Assembly (NCBI GenBank): GCA_964016885.1
Contig: OZ024746.1
Coordinates: 35,960,001-36,024,000 of the forward strand
Length of the DNA stretch: 64,000 nt
Direction of reading: 5' to 3'
Source: Eledone cirrhosa
Taxonomy: Eukaryota
The position numbers and the translations under genes are program-made. Position 1 is the stretch's first letter, and every line of letters begins with the position of its first letter. This document shows, piece by piece, positions 25,467-38,344 of the stretch. Under the pieces are notes generated by a model. The model did not search any database and was not told where the DNA came from. It saw only the letters and a program-made list of their open reading frames with translations.

Positions 25467-28400
25467 TTTTCTCTTTCTCTTAATTTCGAGTATATTTTTT
25501 GACCGGCCACCTTCCTGGTGGCAAGGTTGTAAAAGAAAAGAAATTGTCATCCCTTGAATCGCAAGAATGTTTTGCAAATTTTGAAGGTGCCAGCTATCGC
25601 AGCCATTTGTAGACTATGAATTAGGGAGCTGCGCTTTTTGTCCGCAAATCCAAGTTCAGTCATACTTTGGTCCAAGCGGGTTGGTATATAACCCGTAGCA
25701 CCAATAATGATGGGTATGAAGCTAAAGGTGTATCTTGGATACTGGATTTGTAAACTCCTCATCAATGGTCCGTAGATGTCCTCCTTCTCCTGTATTTTTC
25801 TGACAACTTTTACATCAAGTGGGCAGCTGATCGCCACAACAGAACACGTTTTCAATGTGTGGTCCCAAACTACAATATCAGGCCGGTTGTGCTTTAATTT
25901 GGTGGCAGTTTTTATTTTCAGGTTCCACCAGTATTCCTTAGTGCCATCTGTCTCAATATATTCTTCCTCGTTTGTTGTTAATTTTGTTTTCCGAAGTGCG
26001 TTCCAGATGGTTCTAGCTATCCCATTGTGTCTCATGGGGAGGTAGTAGCGAGATGACATTTGTTCGCAGCTGGCAACTATGTGGCTTACATCCTCGATCT
26101 TTGTTTTACATAGCCTACATTTATTGTCAGCTGCTGGCCCTCCTCCTTTGTGCAGCAGATATTTGGTAGGGAGTTCTTGTTCCTGTATTGCATAGAGATA
26201 TCCCTCAAGGTGTGATGTCATAAACTTGTCGGAAGTCCATGCCAGGCTTTTTGAGTGGTTTATCCCCTCTATGGTCCTTGTTTTACGCCTCAAGTATCCA
26301 TGCACAACTTTTTCTGTAAATTGGTCAATTTGTTTATCTTGTTTGAACATTGAATAGGATCTTCCGATTTCTCTGGCTGAGAGATTTATATCAGGCTTTA
26401 TTCCATATCTCTCCTCCAGATCAGTCGCTATTCTAATGATATTTCTTTTTTCATGGTCATAAACCTGGGAAAGATGGTTGCCAACCTTTTTCCTCTGTTG
26501 CTTCAGTGTTACTATCCGGGTCTCTTATGTTGTTAATATTGATTTTAGACCCCGGCCACCTTCCTTGCGTGAGAAGTATAGCCTATCCACATCACCATTG
26601 ATGTTAAAGTTCCCAGTAACACTGAGAAGTTTTAGAGTTCTAACATCCATCTCACTTAGTTCTTGCAATGAACAGTTCAGTAGGCCAAATGTTGGCGTTA
26701 GAATTGGCACAGCATAAGTATTGTGGGCAATGTATTTGTTGTATGCTGACAGTTCTGATGACCATATTTTCTTTACTCTTCTGAGGTATTCAGTTCTGGT
26801 TCTCTCCTTATTTATGGGTCCATCATATCTGACATTCTCATCCTGTCCAAGATATCTGTAGTTGTCACCTGACTGCAGAGGTTGTATTGTCAGGCCGTTC
26901 ATCTCTAGATTTCTAGAGGAGGGCACAGCTCTTCCACGTTTTACTGCCAAATATGCACACTTGGACTCACCAAATTTCATTTTGATGTCGGTTGAAAATT
27001 GTGTAATGAGGTCCAATTGTTTCTTGATGTCATTGATATTTGGCCCATACAACTTCAGGTCATCAACAAAGAAAAGATGGGAGATACTTCTGGGCCCACT
27101 TCTTTGTCCACCTTGTTTCCTGAGTAGGTAAGATAGTGGGTTCAGTGAGAGAACGAAGAGTAGCACTGACAAGCTATCACCCTGAAAGATGCCCTTCTGG
27201 TAATGTATCTTATCAGTCTTAACCTGCTCCTTCTCACCTCTAAGGATCAAATTGGTCTACCTGTTCTTGGTCAGGCGTTCAACAGCAGCTACCAATGGTT
27301 GTGATACTTTAGCTAACTGTAAAGCCATAATAATCCACCCATGAGGTACACTATCAAATGCTTTTTGATAGTCCAGCCACACGACAGTCATGTTTCTGCG
27401 ATTCTTTGTTGTTTTTTCCTGTATCATTTTGTTAGTTAGTAGGTGATCTATGCAACCCCACACCTCCCTCTTTCCACCAGCTTGCTCAGGTGTTATGATG
27501 TTGTTGGTAGCACAGTGATCCTGTAAGAACAGGTTAAGGCACCCAGTATATAATTTATACATGATGTTTTGGCAGGCAATTGGGCGGTAATTTTTAGCAA
27601 GGGTGGTTTGGCTATTTTGGGGAATGAGGAGAGTAGTGGCAGTTGATAACCATCTGGGTAGTTCTTGTGTGCCCTTAATGGTTTCTGTAAACAGCCGTAT
27701 GAGATCTTGCCGATAGAAAGTGAAATTCTTCAACCAGTATCCTGTAATGAGGTCTGGGCCTGGCGATTTCCTATTCGACATTTTCTGTAGAGCTGTTTCC
27801 AGTATTGACCCATCTATGTCATATTGTTTTGTCTGGACATGTTGGCAGTAGTCCTGTTCCAGTTCTTTTAGCCAATTAGCTTGTCTGTTGAATCCGTCAT
27901 CCGTTTCCCATACAGATCTCCAGTAGCTCTCAACCTGTTCTTTTGAAGGAGTGTCATTTACAGAGATTGAGCTTTTGCCACCGAAGCTGCGATAAACTGA
28001 TTTAGGATCTCTGGCAAACAATCTATTTATCACTTGTCGTTTATGTGCTGTTGACTTATATTTTAGTATTTCTGTTGTAGCTGTGAGTTGTTGTTTCAAC
28101 TGGTGTAATTTGGAGTTCAAAGTTTTAAATTTTGTATCTCCAAATCGTCTCTCTAACTTTTTCTTTAGTTCTTCCTGGTGTCGTGTGTTGCAATTCATAA
28201 CGACTGCGATGTGTGAGGTACTTCGTCTCAGGGACAAAATTTAGTTTTTTAAATTTCGCATCCACGCTAGTTCAGGCTTTCTGTTTGTATCTTGATTGCG
28301 TGGTTTTAGATGTGTGTTATATGATAGCAATGTGACAGCTGAAACATATAACAAAACATTAAGCGTTTCAAATGTCGTTTCTACACCTTTAGATCGTATA

Positions 28401-29652
28401 GCCTTCAGATAATTGCCAGCTATTTCGTTCACCGCTTCCAATTCCAATTTAGTGGGTTCTTTACTGACTCTAGTGTTGTATGGTCTGTCACTCACATTAA
28501 GGCTGTGTATCTCTTGAAACATATCGTTCCATATCACTTGTAGGGAGCCCACAAGTTTTTGGTGCTCTGTTTTTTCAGTAGAGTCATGAATTTCAGCCTC
28601 GTTGTTGATGTGGTGACAATTACTACTAGAGTCAGCTGACCTTTCTCGCTGTTCTTCAGTGGAAGTGGGATGGATTTCAGCAAAATTGTTGGTGAGCTGT
28701 TCACTGTTAGATTTAGCTGGCCATTCTCTTTGTCTGTCAGTGGAGGTGGGGTGGTTGTCTACAAGGGCTGTATTTGTAGTATCACGCAATTCCGTTAGAT
28801 GTATCAATTTACATCTAATGATACGTTTTGTCTGTTCATTTAAATGCTTTGGAGAAAAGTCTAATTCTGGGTGTTTGGAGTTCCATAAAGTTTTTAGCCT
28901 TTGCATAAAACCGAACTTTTGGGGTTCAGATTGTTTGTATGCTTCATATAATACTTTGTTAAGCTCGTAGCTCCACTGTGTACAACGGTTGTAGTTGCGA
29001 TTTGGTCGAAGGAGACTTGTACTTTTTGCCATGATGAGTTCGTCTATTCACTAATATTTCGTATTTATTTTTCAAAATAGTCGATGATCTTCTTTAAAAG
29101 TTACGACAAAGTTCTGTCTGAATCAAATTTAAAGTTATTCACAGCTTGGGTAATATTTCTTTTCAGTTAGTTTTTAATTCTACAACTGTGTTTTAAACGT
29201 TGTTCTTGAATCGTTTGAATCGAGAACAAAAAGAACCGTTACTTAGTATATTCCTTTATGAATGTAATATAATATAACAACGCTGTATTTATAGTTAAAG
29301 TTTATGTATCATTCATATAAATAGGTGTTCTACAACATATTCACAGTTCAAACACTTATATTTTTGTTTCTGAATCGAAAACGTTACTTGTATATTTCTT
29401 TATAAATGTAATATAACAACGTTGCATTTATATGTTAAAGTTTATGTATCGTTCATATATCATAAGTGTATGTATCGTTCATATAAATAGGTGTTTTACA
29501 ACACACTTACAGTTCAAACACTTATGTAGAATTATTGTATGTAATCTTACCGCGTAATGTAGCTCAACTTTTTCCAATATATGGTATGTTGCCTTCATGT
29601 AAGCCGTAATTACACACGTCCGATTATCGGACACTGACCACAACGGTCGCCA
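25467..29652 (-). mobile_element. Near-full-length R4/Dong-like LINE (RT, CCHC finger, restriction-like endonuclease)
   Basis: Single frame 29032..25547 with three nonsense codons. KSPGPD, NYRPIAC, DYQKAFDSVPH, GIFQGDSLS, FFVDDLK, CRLC...HIVASC, RHN, RPDIVVWD. 5' UTR has tandem subrepeats (29215-29525). Confidence 0.9.
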
Positions 29653-29654
29653 TT

Positions 29655-29762
29655 TATGTATGTATGTGTGTATGTATGTGTGTATGTATGTGTGTATGTA
29701 TGTGTGTGTATATATATGTATATATATATATATATATGTGTATATATATATATATGTGTATA

Positions 29763-29857
<95 letters not shown>

Positions 29858-29898
29858 GTGTATGTGTATGTATATATATATATATGTGTGTGTGTTTG

Positions 29899-29930
<32 letters not shown>

Positions 29931-29944
29931 TGTGTGTATACATA

Positions 29945-29975
<31 letters not shown>

Positions 29976-29996
29976 ATGTGTATTTGTATGTTTGTG

Positions 29997-30042
<46 letters not shown>

Positions 30043-30050
30043 TATATGTA
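29655..30050. repeat. (TATG)n/(TA)n microsatellite
   Basis: Direct inspection. Confidence 0.97.
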
Positions 30051-30084
30051 TGAATGGTGTATCTCTCTCTCTATATATATATAT

Positions 30085-31245
30085 CCACTGCACCTAACAT
30101 AGAACAACTAATTAGAAAACTCAACTCAGCAATACTGAATAAGTACATCCCTAATGACTCAGCGCACCAGCATAGCAACATACAACGCACTAACACGCAA
30201 CCACAACCCCACCAAACTATCCAGGATTCTACTGCAAAACATAAAAATAGTTGTAACTGCACCAAACCAGGTACGTGCCCACTGAATAACCAGTGCCTAG
30301 CACGCAATATTGTCTACCGGTGTACAATAAATTCCGGGACCAACAAATGGTATTACGTCGGATGTACCGCAACTTCTTTCAAGGCTCGCCTATACCAACA
30401 TCGATCTTCGATCAGGCACGAGAAAATGCGCTCCGTAATAACCCTCGCCGATAAAGCCTGGCAGCTACGGAGGAACAATCAAGCGTTCTCCCTTGATTGG
30501 CAAATTATTGCAGCTGCGCCTGCATATCAGCAAAATCATCGATTCTGCAAGTTAGGCGATTTAGAGATATACTGCATTTTAACGTCGGTAAACAAACTTT
30601 TGAACAGCAAAATTGAACGTTCTCTATACTGTAACCATCATTTGAAAACGACTTTTTCTTTTTTTAAATGCATATAATGTTACCTTTTTACACCAACGTT
30701 TGCAGATTTCTGTCTTATATGTTTATACACTAGATATGGCTTTCTATAATAATAGTACTAAACACTGTTTTTCTGAACCCCTTTAGAAATAACCTGCTAC
30801 TATAATAGCCCTAATAACTTGTCTGTGACACTGTACCGCTTTGACCCCTCTAACTAAATTTTGTCCGAACAACACCACTAGAAGAATCTACTTCCCAGCC
30901 AACCTTAGCACGCCTCATTAAGCTAACTGCTGCCAAAGCATTCTCTCTTCACAATCTCCACTAGTCTGACAGTCTTAAACCCTAAGACTCCCTCCACCTT
31001 ACTCACTTCCCTCTTCCCCTTCTCTTCCTACCTCCTTCTTTATCTTTTATCTAGTGTATAAAATATTTTCATATCATTCTAATACAAAGGTCTGATGACA
31101 TGGTGTGTTGGCTTAAAGTGTACTTTCGGTTTTTGATAATAGTTGTGTATTATTCAAATAGCGAGGTATAGGTAACTCATACACTATAGAAACAATTGTT
31201 ACCTAATACATTCTATATACCCGCATTTCCATTTCGTAAATTTTT
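30085..31245 (+). mobile_element. 5'-truncated Penelope-like element: GIY-YIG (in ORF 30054..30677) plus pseudo-LTR
   Basis: CNC...CPLNNQCL..NIVYRC...YYVG.T..SFKARL..H, with an HHR at the 3' end. Confidence 0.85.
31088..31204 (+). ncRNA. Minimal type I hammerhead with long stem II and palindromic stem/loop III
   Basis: AGGT CTGATGA C ATGGTGTG...TACACTAT A GAAAC AATT GTT^ACCT. Confidence 0.72.
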
Positions 31246-31346
31246 TCTATATATATATATATAAATATATGTATGTATGGTGTATATGTGTGTGTATATA
31301 TATATATATGTTCTGTTTTGTTCCCGTTCAATTTTTCCTTATATAT

Positions 31347-31404
<58 letters not shown>

Positions 31405-31480
31405 ATATATGTGTGTGTGTATGTGTGTGTGTATGTGTGTATATATATATATATATTTTGTTTATATATATATATATATG

Positions 31481-31540
<60 letters not shown>

Positions 31541-31544
<4 letters not shown>

Positions 31545-34500
31545 AAAGTCAACGCACTCTACAGACAAAAACGCATCAACGGTAAGGAAATCCGAAATCT
31601 CATCACAGCAAACGAGAGAGATGACTTCATGAGCGTCATCCGACGCGAAACGAAATATGCTCAAAACGAATGCTGTAGGCATTTCAAGAAGAAATTAGAA
31701 TGGATGAATAAGAAAAAACTACAAGAAAGGAAAATCGAATATTCTCAAAAATACCCAGATAACATCGACAACATCCGTATGAGTGATGTAAAACTACCGG
31801 AAGAATTTACCAATGACCACACAGTAAATATCTATGGGAACACTTTAATCAGTGAACAAGAACAACAAATCCTAAAGTTACCACCAAAATTTGCCATCTA
31901 CAAAAAGATTAATCCTATGGAATGCAAAACGGAGCTGGAAAAGTGTTTCACAAAAATACGTTGGAATGCAAAGGTAAACAACAACAACAACAATAATAAC
32001 GGTAGTAGTAATATAAACAATAACTCTGGGTATAGAAATAACAGCCATAACCATAACAATGGCAGGAAAGTGAGAAATAGTGATAATGGTAATAATACTA
32101 GCGATAGACAGAACAACAACAACCACAATAATAATAATAATAGAAACGTTAACCACAGACACAGCAACAGTGACCACAGTAGTAATAACGGTAACAATAC
32201 GAACAACAACAACAACAATAACCACAGTGGTAATAATGGAAATAGTACATGTAGCAACATCAACAAAAACAAGAAACATAATAATAGTAACAACCACAAT
32301 GGTAGAAATAGCAGTAACAACAACAATAACGGTGAAGTAAACAACAATACATCTAGCAATCATAACAATAATAATATTAATGCTAAGGATAGAAACAACA
32401 ACAACCACCATGATAACAATAATAGCAACACACACAACTATGACGATAGAAATAACGACAACCCCTTAGAGAAACTATTTTTCAACCCAGCTGACAAAAC
32501 ATATAAGATGGGTAATATCTATCCTACGAGGTTACCCTTTAATAAAAGAGTTTGCATACCACAACAAATAGATGACGAGACGGAGGCACAGTTCACCATA
32601 GCTAGAAATAAGATTAGACAAGTAGTAGACAGGTACACTATGAGACAGAGCAGACCAGAGGCCCAACAACTTGGGATAAAACCTGTAGAAGGCTTGGTTA
32701 GCCTCAAGCAGCGCACAAGGGATGGTGAGGTAGTGTGTCTACCCACAGATAAGTCTGGTAGGATGTCAATAGATAGCATGCCGAACTACATCGAGGCAAT
32801 GCAACCCCACATCACCAACACGAGCGAAGTTGCACAACTAACACACGATGGGAGAGAAAAAATCCTCAACGCTCACATGATGATGTGGACTGACATCCTA
32901 AAGCCAAGCAGACGCACTGCCAACAACTTCCAGGCGTCTAACAATGGCATACCACCCTTGTATGGGCTCCGCAAAGACCACAAGACAGTCGACGACCCGA
33001 CAATAGGACCACCAACAAGACCTGTATGCGGAGCTAATATAGCTAGCAACTACAGGATCTCCTACTTCCTCTCAATGGTTATACGCCCCATAATCAAGAT
33101 GTCCCCAGATGTATGTGAAAGTACAGAGGACCTCCTCAGCAGAATCAGTGAGTGCAACAAAAACAGGAGCCTATCCAACTGCATAATAGGCAGCATGGAT
33201 GTGGTGTCACTGTACCCATCCATTAACATTGATTTTGCTGTGAAAAGATGTGTGGAGATGATCATTGAGAGTGAGGTGGAGTTCTGCGACGTCGACACAG
33301 ACGAACTGGGCCTCCTACTTAGACTTACCTACGACACTGACTACCTAGACAGCCATGACCTTAGATGTTTCTGCCCTAGTAGACCTATAAGAGGTAGACC
33401 CCCCACCATAACCTCAATGGCTAAAAAGACTCCCATAGGAAGGTGGATTGGGTGGACCAAAGCTATACGGACCCCCCAAAACACTGATCAGGTAAGAAAA
33501 ATGGTCGCACATGCAATAGGGGCTAGTATCAAAACTACCCTAAAGGGCCACATATTTAAGTTCAATGAGAAAATCTACACCCAAAATGAGGGAGCAGCCA
33601 TCGGCGTCAGCATAGCTGGCGATGTTGCCAACCTTTTCATGGTATGGTGGGAAAGGAGACTTAAAGATCTCCTTAATGAAAGCTCCATAGACCTCATCAT
33701 GTACTCTCGTTATGTAGACGATATCAATATAGTTATAAGAACACCCCCACTAGAGAGCACTAACAAGTTTGATTTAGAACGTAGCACGATGGAAAGCATC
33801 CAGCAGATAGCTAATTCCATACACCAGAGTATAACTGTAACTATAGACTTCCCTTCCAAACACCCTAACAATAGACTACCTGTATTAGACACAGAACTCT
33901 GGATTAACACTATAGACGAGAGAGCCCAAATTCTCCACTCACACTATGCTAAACCCATGGCCTCCAAATACCTGATACTCAAAAACTCAGCAATGTCCAG
34001 TAGTGCTAAGTTTAATATTCTGATCGCAGATTTGGTACGAGTGATGAAGAATGTGTCCAGCATGTGCGACCCAACAGAAATGGAAGGACACATCCAACAC
34101 TTCATCAACCGCATGCAGTTCTCTGGCTACAACCAAAGAGACAGAGTCAGAGTATACGAAGGAGCCATGGAAAAGTATAAGACCCTCATAGAACTGGACA
34201 TGAAAGGAATTTGCCCACTATACAGGAGCAAATCATGGAATAGCTTAGATAGGGCTAGACATAAGATAGGGAAGGCCACATCATGGTACGACAACCAGAG
34301 ATATCAGAGTGTCATGTTTGTGGACGCCACCCCTGGAGGGAAATTAGCTAACCAGTGTAGAAAGGCCCTGAGAAAGACCCACTTAAAAATAAAGGTGGTA
34401 GAAAAGCCAGGAACCACCATAAAATCCCTGATCAGCAAAACCTACCCTTTTAAGAAAACCCACTGTACCAATAGGAAATGTATCATATGTAAGGTGAACC

Positions 34501-34868
34501 CCCGGATAAACTGTAAAACTAGAAACGTAGTCTATAGCATAAGATGTACAGAGGGTACTTGCAGAAACACGACAACAACATACATAGGTGAGACAGCTCG
34601 TAGCATAGGTGAAAGGATAGACCAACACTGGGGGGAACTAAAAGGACGAAAAAACGGGTCAGTACTATACGAACATGCTAGACAACATCATGACGGTAAC
34701 ATAGACAACATAGAAATTAGAATAATATCTAAACATAGGAATGACCCAGCAGATAGGCAAATCAGAGAGGCCAGTGAAATAGAAATTAGAAGACCAAAGC
34801 TAAACAGAAAGAATGAGTGGAACAACAACAACACCCAAACAAACAACACTGACCTAAGAGAAGTATAA
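31541..34868 (+). CDS. Penelope-like element polyprotein: RT + C-terminal GIY-YIG, uninterrupted for about 1100 codons
   Basis: PTDKSG, LYGLRKDHK, RPVC, SMDVVSLYPSI, EGAAIG, YSRYVDD, LPVLD, C..C..C, NVVYSIRC...YIGET.RS..ER..QH. The called start at 31269 lies in a microsatellite, so the true start is unresolved. Confidence 0.92.
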
Positions 34869-35144
34869 ATAAATAAGTAAATTAAATTAAATAAAATAAG
34901 ATAAATAAATACATACACAAGCACATAAACACACACTAGTCACCCAGCAGACAACACTATACACACTAGTCACACATCACACATCACACATAACACTATA
35001 CACACACGCAAACGCATGCGCAAAGAAGACAAAATAAAATAAGATAAACAAACAAGCAAATAAATAAATAAATATATAGACAGACTGAACAAAAAAAAAA
35101 AAAATGGCGTAGACATACAACACAACAGGAGGAACAATGAATAT

Positions 35145-35200
35145 AACACCACTGACGATGTTGCAGATGTGCAACGAAAGATTTATGTAAACTATATATA
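35145..35200 (+). ncRNA. Hammerhead-like motif in the 3' pseudo-LTR of the intact PLE (stem I disrupted by a TA run)
   Basis: CTGACGA T GTTGCA GATG TGCAAC GAAA G ATTTATGTAAA C TA. Confidence 0.55.
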
Positions 35201-35493
35201 TATGTGTTTGTCTATATTGTATCTGTATTATTTTTGACCGCCGGTCAGTCAATGGCAACATTGAGGACCGAGTAAGTTAGATCGCAGATATATATATATA
35301 AAAGACAGCGAGAAGCGAAAACCAACCAAACAGTGAGTGTATTCTGTTATTAATTCTGGCAATATTACGCAAATATGACCCTCCCCAAATATAACAATAT
35401 ATATATATATATATCTATATATATACACACGTGTATATATATATATGTGTGTATGTATGTGTGTATATGTACGTATGTGTGTATATATATATA

Positions 35494-36442
35494 TAAGTTT
35501 AATTTTACTACTAATTACGTGCGGTTGATGGTATGTCTGATCGGATTCTGCATGCTGCCGAAGTGTTTGATAAATAGTGGAACGGAGCTACCGCGAACTA
35601 GCTGCGATCAATTGTTTGTCAGAGATTTCCCCGTTAGAAAATTTATTCTTAAAGCTTGCTTGATTTGATTATGTATATGGTTAAATATGCTAATTAGAAG
35701 AAGAAATAGTATATATTTTAATATCTGATTGATTCTATAGACATGATTTATGATATAATGCTCTGATTTTTTGATTTTAATTTATTAATTCTTCATTGAG
35801 CTTAAAAGTGAACAGTTGCAACACATATATATATATCTTTGATTTAATTTAATTTAATTTTATGTATGTGATAACCTCTATATTTAATAATCTCCCTATT
35901 GGTTGAGATTAAATTTGGCGATATATGGCTGCGCTTTCTAGCAGCAAGCCTACCCGCCGTAAGCAACCAATCACAAGCTTTCTCTCTGGCTGGTACACAG
36001 CTACATAGCGATCTTAGCCATTTTTGAATCTAAATTTGGCGCGGTCGGTTTGAGAAATTAAATGTCTGATTCTGAGTTTGTCTCCTGATGATTCCTAAAT
36101 CAAGGCATTTCCATATCATTTGGATGTCCTAAATAAGGAAGAAACCATGGTAGAGATATAATTACGGTATGTGCGCATTTCTTCTAAGTTTAATTTTACT
36201 ACTAATTACGTGCGGTTGATGGTATATTTGATCGGATTCTGCATGCTGCCGAAGTGTTTGATAAATAGTGGAACGGAGCTACCGCGAACTAGCTGCGATC
36301 AATTGTTTGTCAGAGATTTCCCCGTTAGAAAATTTATTCTTAAAGCTTGCTTGATTTGATTATATATATCGTTAATTATGCTAATTAGAAGAAGAAATAG
36401 TATATATTTTAATATCTGATTGATTCTATAGACATGATTTAA

Positions 36443-36447
<5 letters not shown>
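35494..36447 (+). mobile_element. Non-coding HHR element with about 260-bp direct repeats (period 691 bp); retrozyme or partial-tandem pseudo-LTR
   Basis: 35494-35756 matches 36185-36447 almost exactly. HHR at 36079. Flanked by (TA)n. Confidence 0.78.
36079..36158 (+). ncRNA. Minimal type I hammerhead ribozyme
   Basis: TGTCTC CTGATGA TTCCT...AGGAA GAAAC CATG GTA^GAGATA. Canonical core; palindromic ACCATGGT in stem/loop III. Confidence 0.85.
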
Positions 36448-36473
<26 letters not shown>

Positions 36474-37045
36474 GTATGTATATATGTATATATATAAATA
36501 TATGTATATGTGTGTGTGTTTTTATGTGTGTATATGTGTATGTGTATGTGTGTTTATGGTTGCGCGCGAGTGTGTGAGTGAGTGTGTTTTGTGAATGTGT
36601 CTGTTGATTTTTGGCATATAGTTGAATAGTTTATGAGAAATTTGGAGATGATCGTAAGATATGCACTCAATATTCTGAATTTGTCTACAGAATTCTCTAA
36701 ACCTTTGTCACTTAGTAGAACCTTAATGAATTTAGCTTTTAAAGAATCTCCCTTTCCTTTAAATCAATCTACCATGACTGACCCCCCACTGATCTTATAG
36801 ACACCTGTTAGCTTAAGAGAAACTTAATAACAAGGAATGGCTTGCCATCCTGAACCTGTTTATAGAATTCTGTCTGCCTTTGTTACTCTAAAAACAAATA
36901 TAAATAAAAATAAACTATAGCTTTCTAGAATTAGCTTTTAATGAATTCCCTTTTCTATCAACCAATGACCTACACCCATCCCACTCCCCACCCTCAACTA
37001 CCACTTGTAGAGACCTATAAATACCATACTTATTTTTTGATACCC

Positions 37046-37096
37046 AGATTCCTGATGATTTCTAAAGAATGAAACAGTTCTAGTCCTGTAGAATCT
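37046..37096 (+). ncRNA. Type I hammerhead ribozyme in the outer PLE 3' pseudo-LTR
   Basis: AGATTC/GAATCT stem I, CTGATGA, GAAA, ACAG/CTGT stem III, GTA site. Confidence 0.78.
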
Positions 37097-37478
37097 CATC
37101 TATATTAAAACTTTTATACTCTGCAATGTATTGAGTACCTTATGGACAAACTGTAGTATAATAATTAGTATACTTCAATCTGGCTAAATTTTTCTGTTGC
37201 AATATATATACAGATGTGTTGGTATCTGTGTTTCATCACTTACATATTAATTTATACACTGCTCAGGGGATATTTTTCCTCATTCGAGCTGATTCCATTG
37301 TAAAAGAATTCATTACCTTATTAATTTTAACTGCTCCCAGTTTGAGCTGCAAATTGCCTCATATATACGACTGTTATTTCTAGCAGTACGGTTATGAGAC
37401 TAGTTAGATACTGTAAAGCCATGTGCGTCACGCAGTCTTTTAAATTATTTAGAAGTGAAGCATATCAATTTGTCTCTG

Positions 37479-37606
37479 GATGTTTACTGAGGAGTGCGGG
37501 ACATGATATTCCTACACTTATTTAACTCGAAACATATTTGAATCTTAAAGTCTAAACTTATCTACGGAACAGGTTTGATTTTGAAATTTAAATGTGTCTA
37601 AACATC
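37479..37606 (+). ncRNA. Type I hammerhead ribozyme, unit 1
   Basis: GATGTTTA/TAAACATC stem I; CTGAGGA; G..C; GAAA; ACATATTTGAAT/ATTTAAATGTGT stem III; GTC cleavage after 37598. Confidence 0.85.
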
Positions 37607-37994
37607 ACGGACTTTTGGCAATACAGTTCGTCTCAGTTGATTTATTATTTTAAATCGATATGGACAACTGTAGTATAATAATTAATATACTTCAATCTGG
37701 CTAAATTTTCTGTTGCAATATATATACAGATGTGTTGGTATCTGTGTTTCATCACTTACATATTAATTTATACACTGCTCAGGGGATATTTTTCCTCATT
37801 CGAGCTGATTCCTTTGTAAAAGAATTCATTACCTTATTAATTTTAACTGCTCCTAGTTTGAGCTGCAAATCGCCTCATATATACGACTGTTATTTCTAGC
37901 AGTACGGTTATGAGACTAGTTAGATACTGTAAAGCCATGTGCGTCACGCAGTCTTTTAAATTATTTAGAAGTGAAGCATATCAATTTGTCTCTG

Positions 37995-38122
37995 GATGTT
38001 TACTGAGGAGGGCGGGACATGATATTCCTACACTTGTTTAACTCGAAACATATGTGGATCTTAAAGTCTAAACTTATCTACGGAACAGGTTTGATTTTGA
38101 AATTTAAATGTGTCTAAACATC
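37995..38122 (+). ncRNA. Type I hammerhead ribozyme, unit 2
   Basis: Same fold as unit 1; GTC cleavage after 38114. Confidence 0.83.
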
Positions 38123-38344
38123 ACGGACTTTTGGCAATACAGTTCGTCTCCGTTGATTTATTATTTTAAATCGATATGGACAAACTGTAGTATAATAACT
38201 AGTATACTTCAATTTTTCCTTTGCAATATATATACAGATGTGTTGGTATCTGTGTTTCATCACTTACATATTAATTTATACACTGCTCAGGGGATATTTT
38301 TCCTCATTCGAGCTGATTCCATTGTAAAATAATTCATTACCTTA

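Larger units (their letters stand above)
21821..37140 (+). mobile_element. Outer Penelope-like element with inverted pseudo-LTRs (21821-22530 inverted; about 35420-37140 direct), expanded by nested insertions
   Basis: 21821-22450 is the reverse complement of about 36445-37103. Both carry the same HHR. The PLE ORF lies directly inside the left repeat. Confidence 0.8.

Noticed and set aside
24508-25557. Long Y/I/C/V/M-rich ORFs (also near 20.7, 21.3, 29.5, 31.3, 55 and 57.7 kb)
   Set aside because: They are translations of (TA)n/(TG)n/(CT)n microsatellites, which lack stops in some frames.
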